Virus record (IMG/VR): IMGVR_UViG_2563366989_000001
From: a virus
Lineage: Duplodnaviria > Heunggongvirae > Uroviricota > Caudoviricetes
DNA length: 37,433 nucleotides
Strand: one strand, 5' to 3'
The translations under genes and the position numbers were made by a program. Each line of letters begins with the position of its first letter. The first letter of the stretch is position 1. Under the pieces are notes generated by a model. The model had not been told where the DNA came from and did not search any database. It saw nothing but the letters and a program-made list of their open reading frames with translations. Positions 20,505-28,848 of the stretch are shown piece after piece.

Positions 20505-20579
20505 TGGCGGGACAGCGTGGACTCGAACCACGATAAGAAGATTAACAGCCTTCCGTAATGACCTTTATACGACTGACCC
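20505..20579 (-). tRNA. tRNA-Asn-like (anticodon GUU), imperfect; possibly a degenerate or phage-adapted tRNA
   Basis: Anticodon arm GAAGG-CTGTTAA-TCTTC and T-arm CGTGG-TTCGAGT-CCACG resemble E. coli tRNA-Asn; acceptor stem has a U-U mismatch, D-stem only 3 bp; encoded CCA. Confidence 0.5.
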
Positions 20580-20583
20580 AAAT

Positions 20584-20626
20584 AAAAAAAGCCACCGTTG
20601 CAACTTAAGAGTCACTAACGGCAGCT
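20584..20626 (-). terminator. Candidate tR'-like terminator immediately downstream of the Q-like gene
   Basis: Minus-strand RNA GCUGCCGUU...AACGGUGGC (two G-U pairs, large loop) followed by UUUUUUUAUU. Confidence 0.45.
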
Positions 20627-20642
20627 TACCTTCTAATTATGG

Positions 20643-21161
20643 CTAAATGGATAATTGCATGTCAAGGCTTTTAACAGCAACATGCTTAACTTTCTCAACA
20701 CGTTTACGCATTTTGAAAGCATTTTGCATTGGCTGGTACAAAACAAATAACGACGCTTTCAGGATGTCGTCAATTTCGTTTCTACAGGTTGCCAGTGAAG
20801 GTTTTCTCCATCCCTCGCCACCACGTCCACACATCTTGCGTGGCTTTGCAGTCGCGTGATAGTAGGATGCAATTGCTCGCTTAGATGAACCATGAGCGTA
20901 GTAGCTAAGGAGGATGCCAAAGGCTTTCTTGTCAATGCACATGACGGAATCGACGACCTGAGAAATCAACATTCCATCATCATCATTGCACATTGGCCTT
21001 GTCATAACTCTTCCCGGCTCTACGCTCTCCATGAACTTCGCTATTACGCTGCTCATGCGCTTTTCCAGACGACCTGAATAAACCCATGCGCCCCACAGTT
21101 CAAGCCAGCCATTCAGCCACTCGTGCTGCTCTTTGGTGAGGTTTAGTTCTCTTATGCCCAT
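20643..21161 (-). CDS. Q: Late-gene antiterminator Q-like protein (not lambda-Q type)
   Basis: 172 aa immediately upstream of the lysis cassette and after ninH; Cys/His-containing; strong SD (GAGGGG). Confidence 0.6.
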   Translation of the reverse strand: MGIRELNLTKEQHEWLNGWLELWGAWVYSGRLEKRMSSVIAKFMESVEPGRVMTRPMCNDDDGMLISQVVDSVMCIDKKAFGILLSYYAHGSSKRAIASYYHATAKPRKMCGRGGEGWRKPSLATCRNEIDDILKASLFVLYQPMQNAFKMRKRVEKVKHVAVKSLDMQLSI

Positions 21162-21346
21162 CGTCTTCCCCTCTTGCCCTGTTTGACCATCAGGACGCCG
21201 TTAACTATTACGTGACGCTCGCCTTTACTGTCTCGGTTGTACTTGAGCACTGTTCCTCTTGCGCAGGAAAGCATCCTTGCCACTTCGGTCTGATTGCCTC
21301 GTGTCTGGATAAGAAGCTCTGGTATCGTTTGAATTGTGGCGTTCAT
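21152..21346 (-). CDS. ninH: NinH-like protein
   Basis: TIPELLIQTRGNQTEVARMLSCARGTVLKY...VNGVLMV resembles lambda NinH. Confidence 0.8.
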   Translation of the reverse strand: MNATIQTIPELLIQTRGNQTEVARMLSCARGTVLKYNRDSKGERHVIVNGVLMVKQGKRGRRWA

Positions 21347-21705
21347 ACGTTCTCCAGCTCGGTGATTTTTATTCCAAGCCTTCCGCCTGGTACTTTCACG
21401 CCACGAATTACGCGAATGTCATCGAATTGCTCGTCGTCTTCCGCAAATCCGGCGTGGATAAGGGAGTCGAGTAAACCTTTCAGGATGTTGTCGAGGTCGC
21501 GGCGGCGGGAGTCTGGAACGTCTGCGATGACTTTGATGCGGAGTCGTGATTTGGTGAAAATGTCTAACTTAAGTTGGCGGATGATTTGCTGAACGTCTTT
21601 TCGGTATTTCTGGCCTTTATCGCTGATGTAGTATTGGCTTCCCCGTCTTCGCCAGTAGGTGTTCACCGACGGCGGGTATGGAAGCACAAACTGATATTCG
21701 TTCAT
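21343..21705 (-). CDS. rusA: Holliday junction resolvase RusA
   Basis: LPYPPSVNTYWRRRG...DVPDSRRRDLDNILKGLLDSL...GGRLGIKITE matches RusA family motifs. Confidence 0.85.
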   Translation of the reverse strand: MNEYQFVLPYPPSVNTYWRRRGSQYYISDKGQKYRKDVQQIIRQLKLDIFTKSRLRIKVIADVPDSRRRDLDNILKGLLDSLIHAGFAEDDEQFDDIRVIRGVKVPGGRLGIKITELENV

Positions 21706-21992
21706 GGCTTAATCTTCCCCTCCTTCAGCAGTATCGCCTGCGTCCTGATCACGCCTTCCAGGTGGTAAAGTCTGGCGTCTTTGTTGTCGAGATTATGGGT
21801 GCGTCGGTCGATTTCATCGTGACACGCGCTACAAGCCCATGCACCGATCAGGTCGTCAGGTTTCATTCCCGTTCCGCAAATTCCAGCCATCCGGTAATGT
21901 GCCAGAACTGTAGTTTCAGGATTGCCATTGCATACGCCGTAAATACGTACCTGGCATTCTCTGCCGCGTGCTTCTTTGCGTAGGTTAGCCAT
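21702..21992 (-). CDS. Cys-rich nin-region protein, function unknown
   Basis: 96-aa ORF with several Cys/His; ATGA start-stop overlap with rusA. Confidence 0.5.
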   Translation of the reverse strand: MANLRKEARGRECQVRIYGVCNGNPETTVLAHYRMAGICGTGMKPDDLIGAWACSACHDEIDRRTHNLDNKDARLYHLEGVIRTQAILLKEGKIKP

Positions 21993-22261
21993 TATGGTTC
22001 ACTCCAGTAATTCTCAATTGCAGCAGCCATTCTCTGCATCCACTCAGCCAGCTTTAACGCGGCTTCTCTTTCAGAACCACATTTAGGGAAATCCTTCATT
22101 TCCATGCTGGCCTTATATGTTCTGAATGCCAGGTCTCCGGTAATAATCAACTCCTGATCAAGCACCGAGCGTTTATTCCGGTGTTGAACGTAATAGACAG
22201 ATTCAGTCCGCATTTCTTCTCTGTCTTTTTTGAAGGAAATAAGCTCAGAGAAATCACTCAT
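21992..22261 (-). CDS. Hypothetical nin-region protein
   Basis: 89-aa ORF in operon context. Confidence 0.5.
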   Translation of the reverse strand: MSDFSELISFKKDREEMRTESVYYVQHRNKRSVLDQELIITGDLAFRTYKASMEMKDFPKCGSEREAALKLAEWMQRMAAAIENYWSEP

Positions 22262-22430
22262 CGTCTTCTTCCTCGTACATTGAGCTATTCGGATCGCTCA
22301 TCAGTTCTGCGCAGCAATCGGAGCACACGTGAACTTCCAGCACATGCAGCTTTTGACCGCAATTAGCGCACGTTAAAGCTCGCTCGACGCTTTTTTTCTG
22401 GTATTGAAGGGATTGGGATGGGCTAAGCAT
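22254..22430 (-). CDS. ninF: NinF-like protein
   Basis: SVERALTCANCGQKLHVLEVHVCSDCCAELMSDPNSSMYEEEDDE resembles lambda NinF; start at ATG 22430 gives 58 aa. Confidence 0.8.
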   Translation of the reverse strand: MLSPSQSLQYQKKSVERALTCANCGQKLHVLEVHVCSDCCAELMSDPNSSMYEEEDDE

Positions 22431-22830
22431 GGCTTTCACCATTAAAAAGTCGCTTGTAAGCATCAATGTATCGTTTTGCTTCACCGAGCTTTCGTCTTAA
22501 TTCCATGTTTTCTGATTCAAGCTTTTCCATGTCTTGCTGGTATCGATCGCGGTGTTCTTTCCATGCTTTTCGATACGCCTTCATGTATGTCGTTTTGGCC
22601 TTTCTCTTTGCCTGACGAACAGCGTGATGGTTTTCTACAAACCACTCAGGGTCGTTAAATGCTGCTCTGGCGCATGTAGACAAATAATTTGCTGCCTCCC
22701 TGTTTAGCCAACAAATACTGATACATGGCAACTTGATAAGCACCATTTTTCGTTGAGACTCTTTCTCGCCAAACATGTGCCATTTTTTGATGCTAAGGCC
22801 AAATCCTGGTTGAATTAAAAGCATTGTCAT
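22423..22830 (-). CDS. Hypothetical nin-region protein
   Basis: ORF with ATG at 22830 overlapping the ninE stop (ATGA coupling). Confidence 0.5.
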   Translation of the reverse strand: MTMLLIQPGFGLSIKKWHMFGEKESQRKMVLIKLPCISICWLNREAANYLSTCARAAFNDPEWFVENHHAVRQAKRKAKTTYMKAYRKAWKEHRDRYQQDMEKLESENMELRRKLGEAKRYIDAYKRLFNGESHA

Positions 22831-23003
22831 TTCCTCGCACGATGTCTTAGCCACCGGATATCCCACAGGTGAGCCGTGTAGTTGAAGGTTTTTACGTCAG
22901 ATTCTTTTGGGATTGGCTTGCGTTTATTTCTGGAGCGTTTCGTTGGAAGGTATTTGCAGTTTTCACAGATTATGTCGGTGATACTTCGTCGCTGTCGTCT
23001 CAT
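22827..23003 (-). CDS. ninE: NinE-like protein
   Basis: [27 protein letters not shown]...HLWDIRWL resembles lambda NinE; ATGA overlap with ninB stop. Confidence 0.8.
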   Translation of the reverse strand: MRRQRRSITDIICENCKYLPTKRSRNKRKPIPKESDVKTFNYTAHLWDIRWLRHRARK

Positions 23004-23410
23004 TCGTACCTCCTGTCGGTAAATCTGACGCCCTGACCAATAGCCCATGCTGTCGTGTACTCAATCAGACTTGCCATACGCTTCACACTCATCTGCGCGC
23101 TACTTTCGCGAATGTTGACGTATTCGCCTTCAAGGCCGGGCAAAACATCAGCTTCCTGCTTTGTTGCCACTGCATGACCGCTAATCAACAAAACCTTCCA
23201 TTGTTCTGGTTTTAACCACTTATCGCACCATTGAACCTGACGTGCGATATCCGCCAGCATCGCGTGAAATTTTGCGTTCTGGTCAAGGTTGCGCTTGTAG
23301 TCAGTAATGCGGATGGTGACTGGCTTGTCTTTATCGAGTGGTGTTGCGAGGATGGCGTTGATTGCGGCTTGCTGTTGTTGCTTAGTTCGGAGGAATATTG
23401 TTTGCTTCAT
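23000..23410 (-). CDS. ninB: NinB-like recombination protein
   Basis: 136 aa; [22 protein letters not shown] motif resembles lambda NinB. Confidence 0.8.
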   Translation of the reverse strand: MKQTIFLRTKQQQQAAINAILATPLDKDKPVTIRITDYKRNLDQNAKFHAMLADIARQVQWCDKWLKPEQWKVLLISGHAVATKQEADVLPGLEGEYVNIRESSAQMSVKRMASLIEYTTAWAIGQGVRFTDRRYE

Positions 23411-23738
23411 CGAAATTCTTCTCTTTAATTCCAGCGGCTCTGATAGCTTTCATTACTGCAATTACCGTTTTGTCACGCCCATCCTCATAACCCATCGCAT
23501 AAGCACCTTCTTCACCATCTTTCCAAAAGTCGTCATTCGATTCTGGCCAGTCGATATCCAGTTCAATAGCTGCTCGCGATGCCTGCCATAAAGTCCACCA
23601 CTCATTTAAGGAGTGACGAATATCCATGCTTGAAAATGCGAAGTACCTATCACCATTTCTTGCCTCGGTTATCATCTCGAATGGTAATCTCAATTTTTTG
23701 GCAACGTATTCCTCAAACTGCTTTCTTGATTCGTCCAT
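23382..23738 (-). CDS. Hypothetical protein (ren/NinA position)
   Basis: 118-aa acidic ORF between helicase and ninB. Confidence 0.5.
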   Translation of the reverse strand: MDESRKQFEEYVAKKLRLPFEMITEARNGDRYFAFSSMDIRHSLNEWWTLWQASRAAIELDIDWPESNDDFWKDGEEGAYAMGYEDGRDKTVIAVMKAIRAAGIKEKNFDEANNIPPN

Positions 23739-23755
23739 CGGTACTTACCCTCAGT

Positions 23756-23962
23756 TCAACTCACAAAACGCCACGCCACTTTTGCTACGACAACAGGCAT
23801 AACACCGATAATCACCCACAGGAAAATGCTACCGAAAAGCACACCAACCAGGTCTTTACCTTCGCCTACCAGCCGGACAAAACTGCTGGCAACCACAATG
23901 AACGTCGCCACCATCCACATAGCACCGAGAATCCTCAATGCAGAAAAAATCAACTCAACCAC
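23756..23962 (-). CDS. Small hydrophobic (two-TM) protein
   Basis: 68-aa ORF, GTG start with GGAG about 7 nt upstream; hydrophobic throughout. Confidence 0.4.
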   Translation of the reverse strand: MVELIFSALRILGAMWMVATFIVVASSFVRLVGEGKDLVGVLFGSIFLWVIIGVMPVVVAKVAWRFVS

Positions 23963-23976
23963 GATTTACTCTCCCC

Positions 23977-24009
23977 AAAATAAAAAGGCCTGCGATTACC
24001 AGCAGGCCT
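23977..24009 (-). terminator. Intrinsic terminator after the helicase gene (tR2 analogue preceding nin region)
   Basis: Perfect 8-bp stem aggcctgc/gcaggcct, 8-nt loop; minus-strand U-tract UUUUUAUUUU. Confidence 0.65.
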
Positions 24010-24034
24010 GTTACAAGCTCAGTGATGTAGATGG

Positions 24035-25411
24035 TCATACGTCAGCCCCTTGTGCATATCGTCTGCCACGCGAAGCAGGTGCATTTGATGCTGTGCAAAT
24101 CTGTCTGGCTTCATCCTGGTCACATGCAACAAAGTGTCCGTTGCAGAACCGCTGGTAAACCGTACCAAGCGAGCCAAAACGGTTTTTCGTCACAATGATT
24201 TCAGCAAATGGCGCGGCGCTACTGTTCTCGTCATATACCGCTTCCCGATAGAGCATGATGATTGAGTCTGCGTCCTGCTCAATGCTTCCTGAATCACGCA
24301 AATCTGCGTTTGTCGGGCGTTTGTTTGGTCGCTTCTCAACATCGCGCGAAAGCTGACTTAGGGAGATAACAGGCGTTTTCAAGTCTTTCGCCATCGCCTT
24401 CAGGCTTCCTGAGATGTGAGCAATTGCGAGGTCGTTGCGGTCTGCTTTCGGCTTCTCAATCAGGCCAAGATAATCCGCCATGATGAGTGAGAGGTTTGGA
24501 TTTTCCTGTTTGTGCCGTTCTGCGATTGAGCGTATTTCTTCGACCGATAACCGCGAGGCATCGACTACCCATACATCCAAATCTGCAAGCTGACTCATGC
24601 CGTTAGCAACACGTGCCCAGCCCTCGTCATCCATTGATGCAGGATTTCGCAGTACGCTAACCGACATCCTCCCGGCGTTGGCAATGCTTCGCTCTGCAAT
24701 CTGCAATGCGCTCATTTCCATTGAGAAAATCAATACTCCGCGCCGGACGTCAGAACCAGGAATAACGCGGCTTGCAACGCCTTCGGCAATCTTCAGCGCC
24801 AGTTCGGTTTTCCCCATACCAGGACGAGCAGCGATTATCACCAGGTCTTCCGCGTTCATCCCTCCGGTGATGGCATCAAGTTCTTCGATTCCGGTCTTCA
24901 GGGTATCTGACTCTTCTCCGTTCCTCAGACGCCTGTCAAGCGTGTCAGTGTAGTCAGTAATGATTTCCCCTAACCGTACAGGTTTAACCTCGTCACGGGG
25001 CTTTCTGATGGCTGAAAGACGCTTTACAAGTTCATCCATCGCCTGACTCGATGCGTCGATGGTTCCGCTCTGAATTGGTTCACGCATTTCATCCATGATT
25101 TCCAGCACCAGACGGCGGTGATAGTTATCCGCGACCATTCCGGCATATCCCTTCAGGTTTGCGGCACTCGGGCAGTTTTTGCTGGTCATCAGGATTGACG
25201 TGAAATGCTCCTCTCCGCACGCCTCGGCAACCATCAGCGCATCGATTAGGTTTCTGTTTCTCGCCTGCTTGCGGATAACCTCGAAGGCTTTCCGGTAGAG
25301 CGGAATTGAAAACGCTTCCGGCTCCAGCGTTGCCAGAACGTCGCTGGCGGTTGGTGTTAATCCACCAATCAGCAGGCCACCGATAACGCTCGCTTCGATA
25401 TCCTGTCTCAT
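24035..25411 (-). CDS. Replicative DNA helicase (DnaB family)
   Basis: 458 aa; Walker [13 protein letters not shown]; overlaps the initiator gene by 4 nt. Confidence 0.9.
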   Translation of the reverse strand: MRQDIEASVIGGLLIGGLTPTASDVLATLEPEAFSIPLYRKAFEVIRKQARNRNLIDALMVAEACGEEHFTSILMTSKNCPSAANLKGYAGMVADNYHRRLVLEIMDEMREPIQSGTIDASSQAMDELVKRLSAIRKPRDEVKPVRLGEIITDYTDTLDRRLRNGEESDTLKTGIEELDAITGGMNAEDLVIIAARPGMGKTELALKIAEGVASRVIPGSDVRRGVLIFSMEMSALQIAERSIANAGRMSVSVLRNPASMDDEGWARVANGMSQLADLDVWVVDASRLSVEEIRSIAERHKQENPNLSLIMADYLGLIEKPKADRNDLAIAHISGSLKAMAKDLKTPVISLSQLSRDVEKRPNKRPTNADLRDSGSIEQDADSIIMLYREAVYDENSSAAPFAEIIVTKNRFGSLGTVYQRFCNGHFVACDQDEARQICTASNAPASRGRRYAQGADV

Positions 25412-26229
25412 GTAATCCCCCTGTCTGCAAACTTCCCTTCCCGAACTCCCGTTAACGAGTCTTCCCTCAGCAGGTAATCAAAATCAGCCGTCCAGCCCGT
25501 GTCGTTGTCTCCGAAGTAAAACGGCTTGGCCTGATGCACAAACGCCCTGACATACGCTCTGAAACCGTCCACGTTTGGCGTTTTCAGTTGCGGGATGATT
25601 TTCTTCAGGCGGCGTTTGCGTTTCTCGTTGACCGCAACAGCGTGTGGCAGTCTGTCACCGACTTCGGTGTTGTAGGCGTTCAGGAAGGATTCGTAGTCGA
25701 TTCGTTCTGCCTTGCGACGTTCAGGTTTAACCTGCCCATCGCCACCCCCGTTAGGGGGTAAGGGGGTATTTGTATTTATTGTCTTTTGTATATTGTCTTT
25801 TGTGTTTAGCTGACTTGGCTTATACCCATTAGCCGACTTGGCTAATGTTTTATTAGCTGTTTTAGCTAATGTTAAGCTGTCCTGGCTAATCCACTGAGAA
25901 ACCACCTTGTTCACTCCGATTTTCACGCCATCAGCAATGAGGAATTTACGCTCGATAAGCTGGCGCTTGGCAGCGCAAACATGAGTGTGATGAATACCTG
26001 TCATGGCTGCTATCTGCGTGTTTGTGAGTCGATCCATCGGCTTATTGAATCCGTATGTCTTGCGCATGATAGCGAGCATCACCTTCAACTGCCGGACGGT
26101 TAAATCAGCCATCAGCAGACTGTCGGTAATCTCGTTAGCAACGCGCATGAAACCATCTTCGGTATCTGCCACGCGATGCTCCACGACCTCAAGTTGAGGC
26201 CTGTAATCAGCTAACTTAACGACGCCCAT
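25408..26229 (-). CDS. Replication initiator (lambda O-like N-terminal domain)
   Basis: [37 protein letters not shown] resembles lambda O N-terminus; iterons lie inside the gene. Confidence 0.85.
   Translation of the reverse strand: MGVVKLADYRPQLEVVEHRVADTEDGFMRVANEITDSLLMADLTVRQLKVMLAIMRKTYGFNKPMDRLTNTQIAAMTGIHHTHVCAAKRQLIERKFLIADGVKIGVNKVVSQWISQDSLTLAKTANKTLAKSANGYKPSQLNTKDNIQKTINTNTPLPPNGGGDGQVKPERRKAERIDYESFLNAYNTEVGDRLPHAVAVNEKRKRRLKKIIPQLKTPNVDGFRAYVRAFVHQAKPFYFGDNDTGWTADFDYLLREDSLTGVREGKFADRGIT
25768..25889. repeat. Origin of replication: four phased iterons plus an AT-rich tract, inside the initiator gene
   Basis: ttagctgacttggct / ttagccgacttggct / ttagctgttttagct / taagctgtcctggct at roughly 21-23 bp spacing (25806-25889); AT-rich 25768-25805 with duplicated attgtcttttgt. 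Confidence 0.7.
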
Positions 26230-26377
26230 GTTTCACTCCTGCTTTGGCTAGTCTGTAAACACCAACAAGGCGCTCTGCGAACGCCCTGTTATTTGCTGCG
26301 GCTACCACTAATCCCTCAGGTGAATCAGGGTGTCGAATCTCTTCTTTTTCCTGGTATTTCTTACGACGTTTTGTCAT
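26216..26377 (-). CDS. Possible small basic protein (53 aa) between cII and the initiator gene
   Basis: ATG 26377 with AGGAG 5-6 nt upstream; MTKRRKKYQEKEE...; end overlaps the initiator start; below the ORF-track length cut-off. Confidence 0.3.
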   Translation of the reverse strand: MTKRRKKYQEKEEIRHPDSPEGLVVAAANNRAFAERLVGVYRLAKAGVKHGRR

Positions 26378-26409
26378 AATTACTCCTGTGGATTGATCCA
26401 GTAATTCCC

Positions 26410-26706
26410 TCAGAATTGCATATCAATTTGCTTAAAATCCTCGGTGGCGGCCGGGGATTTTTTCTTTGTGATTTCATCAAGCGCATACTTAAAAGCCCTG
26501 CTAATCGGACTGATGTCTGATGCCATTCCGAAAGCACACAACACCGAAGCAATAAATCTCCAGTCCGTTCTGCTTATCTTCGATTCATGACAGCCAATCA
26601 TCTTTGCCAGACCGCGCTGGGTAAGCGTTGACAGGTTGATGAGTAAATCAGTTTCAGCGCGATCAACGTCACGCTGTGATAGTTTGCTGTAACTTGTTCT
26701 TTCCAT
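26410..26706 (-). CDS. cII: cII-like lysogeny activator
   Basis: GCHESKISRTDWRFI...KKKSPAATEDFKQIDMQF parallels lambda CII (HTH and C-terminal KKRPAATE...Q.EF). Confidence 0.75.
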   Translation of the reverse strand: MERTSYSKLSQRDVDRAETDLLINLSTLTQRGLAKMIGCHESKISRTDWRFIASVLCAFGMASDISPISRAFKYALDEITKKKSPAATEDFKQIDMQF

Positions 26707-26822
26707 TTCTTAAGATTTCCAATAGTGAATAGTTAGTTGAAAGGTATGCGTGGAAACGCATATGGCCTTAGTTGGTCAGATATATTGGGACTCGCTTTTC
26801 AGCGACGTAGGACGAATGTCCG

Positions 26823-26837
26823 TTGTTACAAAGAGCG
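26823..26837 (-). promoter_or_regulatory. Candidate nutR boxA
   Basis: Minus-strand CGCTCTTTGTAACAA 11 nt after the cro stop, followed by a short hairpin (ggac-attc-gtcc). Confidence 0.45.
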
Positions 26838-26847
26838 GATCCGCTTA

Positions 26848-27063
26848 TTAAGCAGCTTTGTGTTCCGGCGGGAACACGTCATCAAGACTGACTTTTGCGC
26901 CTAACTTGTTTAGGCACTCAACAAGAGCACGGCATGTTTTAAGGTCTGGGAAGCGACGACCAGATTCCCAATGTCCGATAGCTCCCTGTGTGCATCCAAC
27001 TGCCTTAGCAAGTGTTGTTTGAGAGATATTCAGTGACTCTCGATATTTTCGTAGGTTGCTCAT
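26848..27063 (-). CDS. cro: Cro-like repressor
   Basis: 71 aa from ATG 27063 (GGAGG 4 nt upstream); HTH ISQTTLAKAVGCTQGAIGHWESGRR; the longer listed ORF is an upstream extension. Confidence 0.8.
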   Translation of the reverse strand: MSNLRKYRESLNISQTTLAKAVGCTQGAIGHWESGRRFPDLKTCRALVECLNKLGAKVSLDDVFPPEHKAA

Positions 27064-27089
27064 ATGCCCTCCATAGTAATCACAATGCA

Positions 27090-27118
27090 ATAATACGATA
27101 TGTACTTTTAGAATGCAA
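27090..27118 (-). promoter_or_regulatory. pR promoter for cro
   Basis: Minus-strand TTGCAT-17 bp-TATTAT about 27 bp upstream of the cro ATG. Confidence 0.6.
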
Positions 27119-27166
27119 ACAAAAAAATACATCTTGTGCATGGATGATTTTAGTACAGAGCGTAAT
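27092..27166. promoter_or_regulatory. Candidate OR operator region (two related 15-mers)
   Basis: aatacgatatgtact (27092-27106, overlapping pR -10) and agtacagagcgtaat (27152-27166) share the AGTACA...CGTA.T pattern with a site at pL. Confidence 0.4.
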
Positions 27167-27175
27167 AATAAGGGT

Positions 27176-27835
27176 ATGAAAATGAAATGGTATGAACTGG
27201 CTAGATCCAGAATGAAAGAGCTCGGCATAACTCAAGAGAAGTTAGCTGAAGAGCTTGGTATGACGCAGGGTGGAATTGGTCACTGGTTGCGCGGATCTCG
27301 TCATCCATCTCTTGACGAGATTGGTGTGGTGTTTAAATACCTTGGTATTGATAACGTCTCATTCAACCACGACGGTACATTTTCACCTGTTGGCGAATAC
27401 TCATCTGCCCCCGTTAAAAAACAATATGAGTACCCTGTTTTTTCTCATGTTCAGGCCGGGATGTTCTCGCCTGAGCTTAGAACCTTTACCAAAGGTGATG
27501 CGGAGAGATGGGTCAGCACAACCAAAAAAGCCAGTGATTGTGCGTTTTGGCTTGAAGTTGAAGGTAATTCCATGACCGCGCCAACAGGATCCAAGCCAAG
27601 CTTTCCTGACGGGATGTTAATTCTCGTTGACCCTGAGCAGGCTGTTGAGCCAGGTGATTTCTGCATAGCCAGACTTGGTGGTGACGAGTTTACCTTCAAG
27701 AAACTGATCAGGGATAGCGGTCAGGTGTTCCTACAACCACTAAACCCGCAATATCCAATGATTCCATGCAATGATAGCTGTTCCGTAGTAGGGAAAGTTA
27801 TCGCCAGCCAGTGGCCTGAAGAGACATTTAGTTAA
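27176..27835 (+). CDS. cI: Immunity repressor cI: distinct N-terminal HTH domain fused to a lambda-cI-type C-terminal dimerisation/autocleavage domain
   Basis: C-terminal ~125 aa ([34 protein letters not shown]...[11 protein letters not shown]) almost identical to lambda cI as recalled; N-terminal HTH differs; start at ATG 27176 or 27182 (ATG 27113 lies in the pR -35). Confidence 0.85.
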   Translation: MKMKWYELARSRMKELGITQEKLAEELGMTQGGIGHWLRGSRHPSLDEIGVVFKYLGIDNVSFNHDGTFSPVGEYSSAPVKKQYEYPVFSHVQAGMFSPELRTFTKGDAERWVSTTKKASDCAFWLEVEGNSMTAPTGSKPSFPDGMLILVDPEQAVEPGDFCIARLGGDEFTFKKLIRDSGQVFLQPLNPQYPMIPCNDSCSVVGKVIASQWPEETFS

Positions 27836-27857
27836 CAGCCTCACCACTCTAAAACAC

Positions 27858-27887
27858 ACAACAATAACCCGACCTTAGCGTCGGGTT
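27858..27887 (+). terminator. Intrinsic terminator after cI
   Basis: acccgac-cttagc-gtcgggt hairpin followed by ttttcttttt. Confidence 0.7.
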
Positions 27888-27961
27888 TTCTTTTTCCAAA
27901 ATATAAATCAATAAAATACAAAGTGTTATAAAAAACTAAACCATATTTAGAACATTTTGTA

Positions 27962-27990
27962 TTGACTCAGTAAAGTACACATCGTACTAT
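27962..27990 (+). promoter_or_regulatory. pL promoter with overlapping operator-like palindrome
   Basis: TTGACT-17 bp-TACTAT; agtacacatcgtact (27974-27988) overlaps the -10 and resembles the OR 15-mers. Confidence 0.55.
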
Positions 27991-28036
27991 TTAGCCATCA
28001 GCAGGAAGCTGGAAGCCAAACGGAACAGACTGGCAG

Positions 28037-28064
28037 GCTCTTTAAACAACGTCGAACACTCGAC
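28037..28064 (+). promoter_or_regulatory. Candidate nutL (boxA plus adjacent hairpin)
   Basis: GCTCTTTAAACAA (boxA-like) followed by gtcga-acac-tcgac hairpin, in the N leader. Confidence 0.45.
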
Positions 28065-28107
28065 TACGTGGCTGAAAAGCCAGATCACCCAACCACATAA
28101 GCTGTGG

Positions 28108-28155
28108 GATGCAATGCCGAAGCAACTCTCTCAGGAGTAGCTTCGGGATTGCATC
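28108..28155 (+). other. Large leader hairpin upstream of the N-like gene (candidate RNase III/translation-control structure)
   Basis: 16-nt arms gatgcaatgccgaagc / gcttcgggattgcatc (one mismatch), 16-nt loop; ends 15 nt before the N SD. Confidence 0.5.
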
Positions 28156-28180
28156 GCCAGAGTTTATTCGGGAGGAATCC

Positions 28181-28453
28181 ATGTCCAGAAAAACAGAATT
28201 TAAAGGAACCGCAGCTTCTCGCCGTAGAGATCGTCGCGCAAATCTGCAAAGTCAGGAGGCGATCAGCTCCGACAAGCTACACAGGCCAACCCCTTCACGA
28301 GTGGTCTTGCAATGCAAGCGCAAACCAGCAATGAGAGCAGAAGTGATAACTCTGACAACGTTGACCAGAAAATATGAAGGTTCAACTTGTCTTCCGAACG
28401 TAGCTATTTACGCGGCAGGCTACCGGAAATCAAAACAACTGACGGCGAGGTAA
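28181..28453 (+). CDS. N-like transcription antiterminator (P22 gene 24 type)
   Basis: Arg-rich motif ASRRRDRRANLQ near the N-terminus; C-terminus AIYAAGYRKSKQLTAR resembles P22 gp24; ATG 28181 with GGAGG upstream. Confidence 0.75.
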   Translation: MSRKTEFKGTAASRRRDRRANLQSQEAISSDKLHRPTPSRVVLQCKRKPAMRAEVITLTTLTRKYEGSTCLPNVAIYAAGYRKSKQLTAR

Positions 28454-28455
28454 TT

Positions 28456-28818
28456 ATGGGTCAGGAAGAAAAATATGAGCTTAAAAAGCTCATTGAAGAA
28501 GACGCCATAGAAGAAATTGCAGCATTAACAACAGCTATAAAGAATATTAGGTATGCGCTAAATACGCTTATCTCCTCATGCGACAAAAATAGCAGGGAAT
28601 TTTTGATACTTGGCGCAGCTCTAGGAATAGTTGATGCGGCAACGCTTCACCTAATTACTCATGACGATATTCTTATTGAGCCGTATGAAACATTACTGCT
28701 TGTCAGGCAAAAAATGGCTGATGCCGCAGCAAATGGAGACCTTCAACTTTACATCGACTTAAGGAAAGTATTAAGGCGAATGGTCAGAACTGAAGGAGAT
28801 ATCCCCCTGACAAAGTAA
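28456..28818 (+). CDS. Hypothetical early-left protein (ral/gene-17 position)
   Basis: 120 aa from ATG 28456 with GAGG upstream, directly after the N-like gene. Confidence 0.5.
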   Translation: MGQEEKYELKKLIEEDAIEEIAALTTAIKNIRYALNTLISSCDKNSREFLILGAALGIVDAATLHLITHDDILIEPYETLLLVRQKMADAAANGDLQLYIDLRKVLRRMVRTEGDIPLTK

Positions 28819-28848
28819 GGGGGTGAAGAGGCTATTTCAGGAATAAAA

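Noticed and set aside
20182-20642. Toxin or other cargo gene between Q and S
   Set aside because: No ORF of meaningful length in this interval; it contains only the two tRNA genes and hairpins.
25806-25889. Possible CRISPR-like repeat array
   Set aside because: Repeats are short and imperfect, spaced only about 22 bp apart, and lie inside the initiator gene; they fit replication-origin iterons, not a CRISPR array.
27113-27175. ATG at 27113 as the cI start (longest ORF)
   Set aside because: That ATG falls within the pR -35 element (TTGCAT on the opposite strand) and would leave no room for operators; internal ATG 27176/27182 is more plausible.
26848-27228. 126-aa version of the cro ORF
   Set aside because: The upstream extension has no cro-like sequence and overlaps the divergent promoter/operator region; ATG 27063 with a GGAGG SD gives a 71-aa Cro.
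28104-28180. Upstream extension of the N-like ORF (start at 28109)
   Set aside because: The extension covers the leader hairpin and lacks an SD; ATG 28181 has a GGAGG SD and yields an N-sized protein with an Arg-rich motif.
28803-28823. Hairpin ccccct-gacaaagta-aggggg as a shared terminator for the convergent genes
   Set aside because: It overlaps the 3' end of the 28456-28818 coding sequence and has no adjacent U-tract on either strand.
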